Positions 63,504-64,000 of a stretch of DNA of 64,000 nt are shown one piece after another (positions within the stretch are counted from its first letter, which is position 1; the number at the start of each line of letters is the position of its first letter). A program made the position numbers and the translations under genes. This stretch comes from Candidatus Sericytochromatia bacterium (GTDB lineage Bacteria; Cyanobacteriota; Sericytochromatia; S15B-MN24; UBA4093). The stretch is from positions 86,494 through 150,493 of the forward strand of contig JAKFBU010000030.1 of assembly GCA_036676985.1 (NCBI GenBank), written 5' to 3'. The notes under the pieces were generated by a model. The model saw only the letters and a program-made list of their open reading frames with translations. It was not told where the DNA came from and did no database searches.

Positions 63504-64000
63504 CCATGGCCTCCGCGTAAGTACGGTACGTGGCTTCGAGTCCCGCCGACAGCGGGATCGACGCCCGCCAACCAAGGCCATTCAGCCGGCTGACGTCGAG
63601 GAGCTTGCGCGGGGTGCCGTCGGGCTTGGAGCTGTCCCACTCGACTTCGCCCTCGAAGCCCACGGTCCTGGCGATGAGCTCCGAGAGCTCCCGGATGGTG
63701 ACGTCCGTCCCCGTGCCCACGTTGACGTGCTCCTGGCCCTCGTAGTGGTTCATCAGGAAGAGGCAGGCGTCGGCCATGTCGTCCACGTGTAGGAACTCCC
63801 GCCGCGGAGTGCCCGAGCCCCAGAGCGTGACCTTGGTGCCGTTCAGCTTGGCCTCGTGGAACTTGCGGAGCATGGCGGGCAGGACGTGCGAGGTCTGGAG
63901 GTCGAAGTTGTCGTTGGGCCCATAGAGGTTGGTCGGCATGGCCGAGATGAAGCGCGTGCCGTACTGGCGGTTCATGGCCTGGCAGAGCTTGATGCCCGCG
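63484..64000 (-). CDS. fcl: GDP-L-fucose synthase (5' part beyond window)
   Basis: [46 protein letters not shown]. Confidence 0.93.
   Translation of the reverse strand, partial: AGIKLCQAMNRQYGTRFISAMPTNLYGPNDNFDLQTSHVLPAMLRKFHEAKLNGTKVTLWGSGTPRREFLHVDDMADACLFLMNHYEGQEHVNVGTGTDVTIRELSELIARTVGFEGEVEWDSSKPDGTPRKLLDVSRLNGLGWRASIPLSAGLEATYRTYAEAMVEPAVG

Noticed and set aside
1-64000. Many long overlapping ORFs in the track (e.g. 9555-11540, 19876-22137, 22523-24892, 5' parts of 16271 and 38194-41169)
   Set aside because: Shadow frames expected at high GC: Arg/Pro/Gly-rich, no motifs, overlapping well-supported genes
1-64000. CRISPR array or rRNA
   Set aside because: No regularly spaced repeat-spacer series or rRNA-like sequence seen

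Overview
High-GC (roughly two-thirds G+C, estimated by eye), gene-dense chromosomal window from a diderm bacterium. It carries outer-membrane beta-barrel-type proteins, about 17 lipoproteins and the edge of a surface-polysaccharide cluster. The gene content resembles non-photosynthetic Cyanobacteriota relatives such as Sericytochromatia, but this is an unverified impression. In order: dedA; tRNA-Leu(GAG); OM and lipoprotein genes; an operon of a degenerate DNA-methylase-fold protein, DUF4388, MglB, MglA, a Ser/Thr kinase-TPR protein and HupE/UreJ; a PLD; a 10-kb operon of six lipoproteins with Ig/IPT/NHL/LamG/CBM domains; an ABC exporter; an orphan OmpR-type regulator facing a second lipoprotein operon; pabB-pabC; a lipid-anchored subtilase; ribD; usp; a HAD-RNase HI fusion; a GHL10 hydrolase; NTase/metallophosphoesterase/BON genes; glycolipid-type glycosyltransferases; a partial bat (vWA/TPR) operon; acyltransferases; and a perosamine/fucose polysaccharide cluster. 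No CRISPR array, rRNA, transposase or prophage was seen. The best candidate for a novel system is a family of seven lipoproteins sharing the layout lipobox-Cys, linker, one beta-strand, then a [YR]x[TV]Q-[AVY] motif. They are accompanied by motif-less lipoproteins ending in a lone beta-strand, including an unannotated 35-aa one. This parallels the logic of Bacteroidia type V pili but with Gln rather than Arg at the putative processing site. Other notable signals are a probable CTG start for the kinase, nested domain insertions in the adhesins, leaderless promoters, 11-bp-period operator-like repeats and REP/REPIN-like elements.
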